From contig CABZTX010000003.1 of NCBI GenBank assembly GCA_902528875.1, positions 13,068 through 77,067 of the forward strand: 64,000 bases of DNA, written 5' to 3'. Source of the stretch: an uncultured SAR86 cluster bacterium (GTDB taxonomy: Bacteria; Pseudomonadota; Gammaproteobacteria; Magnimaribacterales; D2472). Below are positions 56,283 to 64,000 of this stretch, piece after piece. The notes under the pieces are model-generated. The model did not search any database. It saw only the letters and a list, made by a program, of their open reading frames with translations, and was not told where the DNA came from. Both the position numbers and the translations under genes were made by a program. Each line of letters opens with the position of its first letter. Position 1 is the first letter of the stretch.

Positions 56283-57262
56283 TTAGTCAATCTTATTGCC
56301 GTTTTAATTGCAAGATCTAAAGAGGATGAATTTGACTTTGATGTTCCAGCAATATCAAGGGCTACACCATGATCTACAGATGTTCTAATAATTGGAATAC
56401 CGAGAGTAATATTAATTGAGTTGCCGAAACTTAAAGCTTTTAATACTGGAAGCACTTGATCATGATACATACCAAGATATGCGTCTGTATCTTTTAATAG
56501 GCCAATAGAAAATGCAGTATCAGCAGAAATTGGATAAGAAACATCTATATTATTTTTCTTGAGGATCCTCACAGCAGGTTTAATATGATCTAATTCCTCA
56601 GTGCCTATTTTTCCATTTTCACCAGCATGAGGATTAAGGCCAAGTATTCTTATTTTTGGTTTATTAATATTAAATTTATTTTTAAGTTCGTCATTAAGTA
56701 TCTTAATTTTATTAACAATTAATTCTTTTTTTATCATTTTAGATACTTTTTTTAAAGGTACATGGGTAGTTGCTAATGCCACTCTCAATTTTGGTGATGC
56801 GAGCATCATAAGAACATCTTTGCTTTTAGTATTTTGCATAATGTATTCGGTATGACCCGAGAAATTTTTAATGATTGAGGTAATATTTTCTTTACTAATA
56901 GGACCAGTAACAAGTGCCACTTTATCTATATTTAATGTTTGATCAATTGCATAGTCTAAGTTGTCTATTACATATTTTGCATTGTTAGCTGATAGCTTAC
57001 CTGCTTGATAATTTTTACATTTGGATACTTTGATTATTTGGAGAACATTTTTTCTATTTTTTTTTAAATCATCTAACGAATTAGCTTCAACTACTTTTAA
57101 TTTCTTTTTTAATAATTTTGCTCTTCTTATAAATAATTCCATATCTCCAATTGTGACTATTGATGATTTATATTTTTCCCATGAGTTTGAGCAACATAAT
57201 TTAATTATTATGTCAGGACCAATACCGGCGGGTTCACCAGGAGAATAAATTATTTTTTTCAA
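56279..57262 (-). CDS. pdxA: 4-hydroxythreonine-4-phosphate dehydrogenase
   Basis: GEPAGIGPD, FSGHTEY, LNPHAGENG and SVDHGVA motifs. Confidence 0.9.
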   Translation of the reverse strand: MKKIIYSPGEPAGIGPDIIIKLCCSNSWEKYKSSIVTIGDMELFIRRAKLLKKKLKVVEANSLDDLKKNRKNVLQIIKVSKCKNYQAGKLSANNAKYVIDNLDYAIDQTLNIDKVALVTGPISKENITSIIKNFSGHTEYIMQNTKSKDVLMMLASPKLRVALATTHVPLKKVSKMIKKELIVNKIKILNDELKNKFNINKPKIRILGLNPHAGENGKIGTEELDHIKPAVRILKKNNIDVSYPISADTAFSIGLLKDTDAYLGMYHDQVLPVLKALSFGNSINITLGIPIIRTSVDHGVALDIAGTSKSNSSSLDLAIKTAIRLTK

Positions 57263-58503
57263 TCTAAATCTTTAAATTCAACAAAAGCCTCAGCACGCAT
57301 TGTTCTTAGGGTATTATCAAGCTCTTCATCAAATTTCCTAGAATATAAAACTTGATATGCTCTCTCCTCAATCAATTCATTTGTAAGCTCATGATTTCTT
57401 TTTCCTAAAACTTCAAGAAAGTGATAGCCGAATTCAGTTTTAAATACCTCAGAAATCACATTAATTTCAGAGGCAAGCATTGTTTCTTCAAATTTGTCTG
57501 CTAAAACTCCTTGCCCTAACCAGCCTAGGTCACCTCCAAGCTTAGCTGAACCTGGATCTTCTGAATATTCATCTGCTAGAGCACCAAAATCTTCACCAGC
57601 TATAATTCTGTCTCTAATTTCATTTAAAAGTCTTTCTGTTTCTTCATCGTTTCTAATTGCAGTGGGCATTAAGAGAATATGTCTTGATTTCCACTGATCT
57701 TGAAATTGCACAAAATCTCCTTGTTTGTCTTCAAGTTTTAATATGTGAAATCCTGATCCACTTTCTAATGGATCAGAAATAAAACCTACAGATTTTTTTT
57801 CAAGAGCATTCTCATATAAAGCCGGCATTTCGCTCAGTCTTTTCCATGACATAAGTCCACCATTTTGTGCAGTTGCACTTACTGAGTATCTTTTTGCTAA
57901 ATCAGAAAACTCAACATTTTTATTAATTTCATTAATGATATTTTCAGCAGTACTTTTATCCTTAACCAAGATTTGTCTAACTAATAGCTCAGGTTGAAGA
58001 GCATCAAGAGACTCATCTGTGGCTAAAAATGCATCAAATTCTTTTTCAGTTATATCAATTGTTGAGTTTACCCGTCCTCTTTGGATTCTCTGAATCCTCA
58101 TTTCTTTTCTAATATCTTCTCTTAAGTCTTCGTATGAATCACCACTATTTTCTATATATGTAATAAACTCTTCTAAGCTCATTTGGTTATTTCCAGCCAA
58201 TCTTTCCAATGTAACGTTTAATTCAGCATCACTAATTCTAACTCCAGCTCTATCTGCAAGTTGAAGTTGCAACTCTTCTACAATTAATTGTTCTTTTACA
58301 TTTTCTTCCACAACATCTATTGGAGGCTTTGGTAAATTTTGATCTTCGTATCTTTGATTGATTTTAGCAATGCTACTTTTGATTTGTGATTCCATTACAA
58401 CACCGTCATCAACAATAATAGCAATACGATCAAGTATCTCTGTTTTAGCAGATACCATTACAGAAGATATTAAAAAGATAAATGTTATTAGAATTTTTGT
58501 CAT
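57259..58503 (-). CDS. surA: Periplasmic chaperone / peptidyl-prolyl isomerase SurA
   Basis: Signal peptide, LDRIAIIVDDGVVMESQI N-domain, and parvulin-type segments (RHILL..., GGDLGW..., FGYHFLEV). Lies in the lptD-surA-pdxA-rsmA operon position. Confidence 0.85.
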   Translation of the reverse strand: MTKILITFIFLISSVMVSAKTEILDRIAIIVDDGVVMESQIKSSIAKINQRYEDQNLPKPPIDVVEENVKEQLIVEELQLQLADRAGVRISDAELNVTLERLAGNNQMSLEEFITYIENSGDSYEDLREDIRKEMRIQRIQRGRVNSTIDITEKEFDAFLATDESLDALQPELLVRQILVKDKSTAENIINEINKNVEFSDLAKRYSVSATAQNGGLMSWKRLSEMPALYENALEKKSVGFISDPLESGSGFHILKLEDKQGDFVQFQDQWKSRHILLMPTAIRNDEETERLLNEIRDRIIAGEDFGALADEYSEDPGSAKLGGDLGWLGQGVLADKFEETMLASEINVISEVFKTEFGYHFLEVLGKRNHELTNELIEERAYQVLYSRKFDEELDNTLRTMRAEAFVEFKDLD

Positions 58504-58505
58504 AA

Positions 58506-60932
58506 TTAATATTTTAAAATTGAGTTATTCAATGCTTTTCCTGCCTTTTCAAAAGTTGAATTTAATCCTTTAAATTCAAATTGAAAATTAACTCTACTCT
58601 TATTTTCAATTTCTATGACATTATTCCATGCTTCATTTAAAAAATCATAGGAAGTTGATTCAAAGTTATCTAAATATTTTGAAAGATTTTTATCAGAAGT
58701 GGTTAATCTTAATGCAATACAACAATTTTCATAACCAATACCAAAAACTGATTCAATTTTTTTGCTTGTTTCATCGTCATACTTGATTTTCGCAATTAAG
58801 CTAACTTTATTTTTTATTTTGATATCTGCAAATAATTCTGAATAATCCAAAGTAACTCCAAAGTCGCCTGACATTCTTGTGTATCTCTTTGCATAACCCA
58901 TGGAACCAGACCTAAATTTATGATTAATTGTAATGCCTCCCATTGGAATCTTATTTGATTCCTCAATATAGCTTGTGTAGGACATAATCATTGTTTTCAT
59001 ACTAGGCATCCACTTGCCCATTATCATAATTGGCCCTTCATCCATTGGCATCTTCATCATTCCATCCATTTGAGACATATCCATCATGCCATTCATTTGA
59101 GATGACATATTCATCATAGCCATATTCATTTGACTCATTGGATCATTTGACATGTGCATGCTATCAAGAAATACCTTTCTATCCTCAAGGTAAAACTTTT
59201 TTGAAACAGATAACGATATTTTATCCATATGCATCATTCTTTTTTTATATTCCAAATTTAAAGTATAAAATTTTTGGTCACCAATTCTGTCCATTCCAGA
59301 AAACCGATTTATATTAAATAATTGATTCATCATCGAAATTTTATTTGTGTCAAAAATGGGATTTGAATCTTGATTTTTGTACCCTACATATCCAATGGTT
59401 AATCTTGGCTTCAATAAATGGATATCCATCTTATTCTTCTTAAAAAATAATGTATTTATGTCAACTATAAAATTGGGAATATTTACTGATTGAGATTGCT
59501 GTGAATTATCAAGATTATAGTTAATACTTTTTAATCCCAATCCAGAATAGATATTTAATGTGTTTAAGTTAAAACTTTTATAAATTTTGAAATCGGAGAA
59601 TACTCTTGATCCTTCAACAGGATCTATAAAAAATGGAAACTGATTACTTTTGTTTTGATATCCATAAAAGCCATGAACATCATCTGCTTTAAATACAGAC
59701 AAATTTAAGTTCTCTTCAATAGAAAATCCTTTAAGGCTTTTAAAATATCTTATGTTTATTGATGGTAATGTTTTGTACCCATTTGTTAGTATTGGATTAA
59801 GGCTTTGAAATCCATTGTAAGAAATTTTAAATTCAACATTTTTGTATATACCGTTAATTGAAATGTTTTGTCTTAGATTTTGCTCTCTTTGCGAACCAAT
59901 CGAAGTTATTTCACCAGATATGTCTCTCAAAACCAAATCATCCGAAGCCTTTGACCAATCTATATCTATCCATAGGGTTTTTTTGTCTAAATATGAATCT
60001 TTTACGCTAAAAGCCCATCTTGCATCAGATTGACTTGGGTACATTTTTTTATGTTCTTTATCACTATTAAAATAAATTAGATCTATATTACGAAGGTTGT
60101 TCTTCTTACCATGCAGATTTCTATAATTTGTTTCAATTCCAGAACCTCTTTCAGAGATATTTCTGGCAGCAATAGTTATATCACTTCTTTTCGATATAGT
60201 TTTGTAATAAGGAATTACAAAGTCTAACCCATCTGATGAGTAAGACAGTGTAGGCTCTAAAAATCCTGACATATTCTCATTAGATGTAGCAAAAGGAAGG
60301 ACAGGTAATTTGATTAGGGACTTATCAAGAATCTTTATTCTTACGTTTCTTGCAATTCCTCTTTTTGTTGATTCATCAAGTGATACTTTGTCAGCATTAA
60401 TAGCCCAACCATTTGTTGAGTCTAAGCACGAAGTCATTTGAACATTAGAAAGATTAATTTTATCATCCAAGTCCCCATTAAGCTCTTCAAAGCTTATGAT
60501 TAAATTTCTCGAATTTAGAAATGCTTCCCCATTTTTTAAATTAATATAACCATCATCTCTGCTGAAAGTTCCTTCTTCAGCTTTAAAAAAATAATCTTTA
60601 AAAAATATTTGACCCTGCCTTTTAAAATCTACATATCCTCTGTCTTTGTCTACTCTAACTTTTTGTGAATTCAACAAACCATCAGGAAAATCTAATTCAA
60701 CGTCTCCATTAAGGATGAGAATTTCATCATCAGTAATTTCAAATTTCTCAGATTTAATTTCAAGATCTTCAATATTATTTACAATTCCAAGATATGGCTC
60801 ATAAATAAAACATGAGACAGCATTATCTAATTTATTAATTTTTAAAATTTTCTCATTTACGAGATCACTCTTAATGTGACTCTGGAAAGCGACAAGAATT
60901 GCAATAAGAAAATTTTTTTTTATCTTTGACAT
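58506..60932 (-). CDS. lptD: LPS-assembly outer-membrane protein LptD
   Basis: 808 aa with a signal peptide, an N-terminal OstA-like jellyroll (LILNGDVELDF...), and a long aromatic-rich beta-barrel region. The Cys pattern C...C...CC (VSCF, TSCLD, ENCCIA) matches the LptD disulfide pattern. Lies upstream of surA. Confidence 0.85.
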   Translation of the reverse strand: MSKIKKNFLIAILVAFQSHIKSDLVNEKILKINKLDNAVSCFIYEPYLGIVNNIEDLEIKSEKFEITDDEILILNGDVELDFPDGLLNSQKVRVDKDRGYVDFKRQGQIFFKDYFFKAEEGTFSRDDGYINLKNGEAFLNSRNLIISFEELNGDLDDKINLSNVQMTSCLDSTNGWAINADKVSLDESTKRGIARNVRIKILDKSLIKLPVLPFATSNENMSGFLEPTLSYSSDGLDFVIPYYKTISKRSDITIAARNISERGSGIETNYRNLHGKKNNLRNIDLIYFNSDKEHKKMYPSQSDARWAFSVKDSYLDKKTLWIDIDWSKASDDLVLRDISGEITSIGSQREQNLRQNISINGIYKNVEFKISYNGFQSLNPILTNGYKTLPSINIRYFKSLKGFSIEENLNLSVFKADDVHGFYGYQNKSNQFPFFIDPVEGSRVFSDFKIYKSFNLNTLNIYSGLGLKSINYNLDNSQQSQSVNIPNFIVDINTLFFKKNKMDIHLLKPRLTIGYVGYKNQDSNPIFDTNKISMMNQLFNINRFSGMDRIGDQKFYTLNLEYKKRMMHMDKISLSVSKKFYLEDRKVFLDSMHMSNDPMSQMNMAMMNMSSQMNGMMDMSQMDGMMKMPMDEGPIMIMGKWMPSMKTMIMSYTSYIEESNKIPMGGITINHKFRSGSMGYAKRYTRMSGDFGVTLDYSELFADIKIKNKVSLIAKIKYDDETSKKIESVFGIGYENCCIALRLTTSDKNLSKYLDNFESTSYDFLNEAWNNVIEIENKSRVNFQFEFKGLNSTFEKAGKALNNSILKY
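58977..59159 (-). repeat. Met-rich low-complexity segment with a tandem 9-aa unit inside lptD
   Basis: Encodes MHMSNDPMSQMNMAMMNMSSQMNGMMDMSQMDGMMKMPMDEGPIMIMGKWMPSMKTMIMSY, which has 23 Met in 61 residues. It contains the adjacent units SQMNGMMDM and SQMDGMMKM. The corresponding near-repeat DNA is CATCAT(T/G)CCAT(C/T)CATTTGAGA on the + strand. Confidence 0.7.
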
Positions 60933-60983
60933 TCTATTATTTTAATACATCATTCTTTTTGAAAGATTTTTTTAAAAAAAGTT

Positions 60984-61589
60984 CTAATTTTTTAAAGAAT
61001 ATATATATTCTTCTAGTTGATGAAGGTGATCTTTGCCAAAAAATATTTGATTATTAAGAAAGAAGGTTGGAACACCAAATGCTCCTCTTGAAACAGCCTC
61101 ATCAGTATTTTTAATGAGTTCATCCTTGCAGGCTTGAGATGTAACTATTTCAATAATTGCATTTACATCAAAATCATTTTCATTAAGTGTTTCTTTCAAT
61201 ACTTCTATATCTGAAAGATTTTTATCATTTTCCCACATAGCAACCAGGACACATTCAATGTATTGTTCAAATACACCTAATTCTTTTGCAGCAATGGCAC
61301 CTCTTTGTATTTGAATTGTTGATGGAGGAAAATGAGAATTAAATTTATATTTATTAAGTTTGTGTTGTTTTACAAACCTTTCAAGTTCAATTATCTGATA
61401 GTCTGATTTATTTTTAATTTCAGCAAATGCTACAAATGGTGGTTGATTGTTGGTTAGTTTATGTATTCCACCTAAAAGACAAGGAATATAATTAAAGGTT
61501 GTCCCTGTTCTTTTTTCAAAATCAGGAATTACTCTATGAGCCAAATAAGCATTTGGACTGGCAACATCAAATATAAAGTCTACTATCAT
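60984..61589 (-). CDS. DsbA-like thioredoxin-fold protein (2-hydroxychromene-2-carboxylate isomerase / kappa-GST family)
   Basis: MIVDFIFDVASPNAYLA N-terminus and a C-terminal GAFGVPTFFL motif of the HCCA-isomerase family. Start set to ATG 61589. The ORF-track start at 61619 would leave only 12 bp to the divergent gene. Confidence 0.8.
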   Translation of the reverse strand: MIVDFIFDVASPNAYLAHRVIPDFEKRTGTTFNYIPCLLGGIHKLTNNQPPFVAFAEIKNKSDYQIIELERFVKQHKLNKYKFNSHFPPSTIQIQRGAIAAKELGVFEQYIECVLVAMWENDKNLSDIEVLKETLNENDFDVNAIIEIVTSQACKDELIKNTDEAVSRGAFGVPTFFLNNQIFFGKDHLHQLEEYIYSLKN

Positions 61590-61631
61590 TTCTATTAACA
61601 ATTTTGTAAAGTAAAACAATTAAACACTTAT

Positions 61632-62372
61632 ATGGAAGATTTTTCAAAATATTCTGCAATTATTATTGGTGCAGGTGATGCAACTGGATCAGCTTTAACT
61701 AAAAAGTTTGCAAGTTTTGGCTATAAGGTTTGTCCAGCAAGAAGGCCAAGAAATATCAATAAACTCGAAGAATTAGCTGATGAAATCAAGGATTCTGGAG
61801 GATGGGCAAAGGCCTATGGTGTTGACGCCAGAGAAGAGTCATCTATAAAGGATTTTTTTGAAGAGGTTGAAAATAATGTAGCTCCAATTGATGTTGTAAT
61901 ATTCAATCCTGGAGCTAATGTTTTTTTCCCAATTGTTGATACAACTGCAAGGGTTTTTACAAAAGTTTGGGAAATGGCTGCTTTTGCAGGTTTTTTATCT
62001 GGAAGAGAGGCAGCCAGGCATATGAAAAAAAGAAATAGAGGAAGTATATTTTTTACTGGAGCAACAGCATCTGTAAGAGGAGGTTCAGGTTTTGCAGCTT
62101 TCTCAAGTGCAAAGTTTGCTCTCAGATCTTTAAGCCAAAGTATGGCAAGAGAACTTGGTCCACAAGGCATTCATGTCGCTCATTTTATAATTGATGGAGC
62201 AATTGATACTGCATTTATTAAAGAAAATTTTCCAGACGTATATGCTCTCAAAGAAAAAGACGGTATTCTACAACCTAATGCAATTGCTGATGCTTATTGG
62301 TTTGTGCATACACAAGAAAAGAATGCTTGGACACATGAATTAGATTTACGTCCATACATGGAAAAATTTTAA
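61632..62372 (+). CDS. Atypical SDR-fold oxidoreductase (catalytic Tyr position occupied by Phe)
   Basis: Rossmann motif IIIGAGDATGSAL and NPGA. Where classical SDRs have YxxxK, this protein reads AAFSSAKFAL. Confidence 0.75.
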   Translation: MEDFSKYSAIIIGAGDATGSALTKKFASFGYKVCPARRPRNINKLEELADEIKDSGGWAKAYGVDAREESSIKDFFEEVENNVAPIDVVIFNPGANVFFPIVDTTARVFTKVWEMAAFAGFLSGREAARHMKKRNRGSIFFTGATASVRGGSGFAAFSSAKFALRSLSQSMARELGPQGIHVAHFIIDGAIDTAFIKENFPDVYALKEKDGILQPNAIADAYWFVHTQEKNAWTHELDLRPYMEKF

Positions 62373-62393
62373 TAATAATTATGAGGAAAAATT

Positions 62394-63251
62394 ATGAGTT
62401 TAAAAGATAAAGTTATTTTTATATCTGGTGGAAGCAGAGGAATTGGACTTGCAATGGTAAAAAAAGCAGCCGAGGACGGTGCAAAAGTTGCTATTGCCGC
62501 CAAGACTGCTGAACCTCATCCAAAACTTCCTGGAACTATTTATACAGCAGCAGATGAGATAGTTGAAGCAGGTGGTGAAGCTTTACCTGTTATCTGTGAT
62601 ATTAGAAACGAAGATAATGTCAGGGATGCTATCAATCAAACTGTTGATCATTTTGGAGGTATTGATATATGTATTAATAATGCATCTGCAATTCAATTAA
62701 CAAATGTGACTGACACAGAGATGAAAAGATATGACCTTATGCATCAAATTAATGGTAGAGGTACTTATATGGTAAGCAAATATTGTTTACCACATTTGAA
62801 GAAAGCCTCTAATCCTCATATTTTAAATCTTGCACCACCACTTGATATGCATTCGAAGTGGTTCTCAGGAACTGTTGCTTACACAATGGCTAAGTACACT
62901 ATGAGTATGTGTGTTTTAGGTATGGCAGAAGAATTTAAAGAATTCGGTATAGCGGTTAATGCGCTTTGGCCAAGAACTGCAATTGCTACTGCTGCTGTAC
63001 AAAATCATCTAGGTGGAGATGAGATAATGAAATTATCTAGAAATGTAGATATCATGGCCGACTCAGCATATGAAATTCTTACAAAGAGCTCTAAAGAATT
63101 CACTGGAAATTTCTGTATTGACGATATGGTTTTATATGAAGCTGGAGTGAAAGATTTTTCAAAATATGCCTCTGCTCCATTTGGAGAGTTAATGCCAGAT
63201 TTTTTTGTTCCAGATGACACACCATTGCCTGAGGAAATTAAAAATAGTTAG
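62394..63251 (+). CDS. SDR oxidoreductase (HSDL2-like subgroup)
   Basis: VIFISGGSRGIGLA, the segment TAEPHPKLPGTIYTAA typical of HSDL2-like SDRs, NNASA and YTMAKY motifs. Confidence 0.8.
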   Translation: MSLKDKVIFISGGSRGIGLAMVKKAAEDGAKVAIAAKTAEPHPKLPGTIYTAADEIVEAGGEALPVICDIRNEDNVRDAINQTVDHFGGIDICINNASAIQLTNVTDTEMKRYDLMHQINGRGTYMVSKYCLPHLKKASNPHILNLAPPLDMHSKWFSGTVAYTMAKYTMSMCVLGMAEEFKEFGIAVNALWPRTAIATAAVQNHLGGDEIMKLSRNVDIMADSAYEILTKSSKEFTGNFCIDDMVLYEAGVKDFSKYASAPFGELMPDFFVPDDTPLPEEIKNS

Positions 63252-64000
63252 TTGAAAGAAGAAGAAGTAATAATTCTAAGTAAAAAATGTAACTTTCATG
63301 CTGTTAAAGCATCCTCATTGAAACTCGAAGCAAGTGGAAGAGAGTATTGGAGAATTATCGATGCAGATAATAATTCTATGGTGTTGTGTTATTTAAATCC
63401 CTTAAAAGGAGATCATTTAAACTTTATAGCAATTTCTAAAGAACTCATTAAAAACAACATCAGTTGTTCAAAAATAGTTCATCATAATAAAGCCTTAGGC
63501 GTAACCATTCAGCATGATTTGGGAGATGGAGATCTTCTTTCAATTTTAGATGAAGATAATAAGAATGAATTGCTAAAAAGTTCCTTACAAATGCTTTCTG
63601 CAATACAAAACTCTTCGATTAATAATATAAATAAATTCACCAAAGAAGAACTTCTAGGGCAAATGAATTTATTCAAAGATGCTTTTTGTAGAAATTTTTT
63701 AAATGTGAATGTAAATTCCTCAATTGATAATCTTATTACCACAACATTAAATTATCTTTTTGAGCATCCATGGGTAAATTGTCATTTTGACTTTGAGAGG
63801 AGAAATCTCATCTTAGATAATAATGAATTAACAATAATTGATTTCCAAGATATGAGAATTGGACCAATAGGAATAGATCTGGCTGGTATTTTGGTTGATC
63901 ATTATCATGAAGTAGATCTTTGTGCTACAAAAGACTTATTAAAATTCTTTTCAAAAATAGTTAAATTAGACTGCTCTGAAGATGATTTCTTTGAGTTTTT
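63252..64000 (+). CDS. amgK: APH-fold sugar kinase, AmgK-like (anomeric MurNAc/GlcNAc kinase family), partial at window end
   Basis: Absent from the ORF track because it runs off the window. Manual translation gives LKEEEVIILSKKCNFHAVKASSLKLEASGREYWRIIDADNNSMVLCY...HPWVNCHFDFERRNLILDNNELTIIDFQDMRIGPIGIDLAGIL. The ASxRxYxR and H.DF..RNL...IDFQD motifs, together with the position divergent from lptD, match Pseudomonas AmgK. The frame opens immediately after the upstream stop, and the only early start candidate is TTG 63252, so the start is uncertain. Confidence 0.6.
   Translation, partial: MKEEEVIILSKKCNFHAVKASSLKLEASGREYWRIIDADNNSMVLCYLNPLKGDHLNFIAISKELIKNNISCSKIVHHNKALGVTIQHDLGDGDLLSILDEDNKNELLKSSLQMLSAIQNSSINNINKFTKEELLGQMNLFKDAFCRNFLNVNVNSSIDNLITTTLNYLFEHPWVNCHFDFERRNLILDNNELTIIDFQDMRIGPIGIDLAGILVDHYHEVDLCATKDLLKFFSKIVKLDCSEDDFFEF

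Noticed and set aside
61814-62170. 118-aa minus-strand ORF inside the atypical SDR gene
   Set aside because: It is antisense to an ORF with a Rossmann motif and SDR architecture. The translation is Ala/Pro/Lys-rich and low-complexity.
1-64000. CRISPR arrays, rRNA genes, IS elements, defence-system genes and long inter-locus repeats
   Set aside because: None was seen. All spacers but one are under 150 bp. Every large ORF has a housekeeping or metabolic assignment. No direct-repeat/spacer periodicity is visible. A computational repeat search would be needed to exclude short dispersed repeats.

Overview
The window is a very gene-dense, AT-rich chromosomal core region. Spot counts of single 60-nt lines give about 28% GC in ordinary genes and about 45-48% in glnII and hppA. 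Gene order is clearly gammaproteobacterial and closely parallels Pseudomonas-type synteny: yggS-proC-yggT; rppH...lgt-thyA-folA; mutY-yggX; a glnA-slot gene followed by ntrB-ntrC; ubiC-ubiA; yicC-gmk-rpoZ-spoT-ridA; rpsU divergent from tsaD-folB-folK; and cca-apaH-rsmA-pdxA-surA-lptD divergent from amgK. The compaction suggests a streamlined marine gammaproteobacterium, but that is inference only. I call about 75 protein genes, one tRNA-Phe(GAA), two hairpins and one probable frameshifted small gene. Two genes missing from the ORF track were recovered by hand: a 57-aa rubredoxin, and a yggT gene that runs off the left edge. A partial amgK-like kinase runs off the right edge. I see no rRNA, CRISPR array, transposase, integrase, phage gene or recognisable defence system, and no convincing wholly new multi-gene system. 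The best leads are listed here in order of interest. (1) A methionine-rich tandem-repeat insertion inside LptD. (2) Three hydrophobic ORF fragments joined by poly-T runs in the largest non-coding gap. (3) A eukaryote-like type II glutamine synthetase in the glnA position ahead of ntrBC. (4) An unannotated rubredoxin start/stop-overlapped with an amino-acid/dicarboxylate symporter. (5) A tightly overlapped four-enzyme cassette next to tRNA-Phe. (6) Lineage-specific insertions into the conserved folBK-cca and lptD/amgK neighbourhoods. All functional calls rest on motifs I recognise by eye and on synteny. No database search was run.
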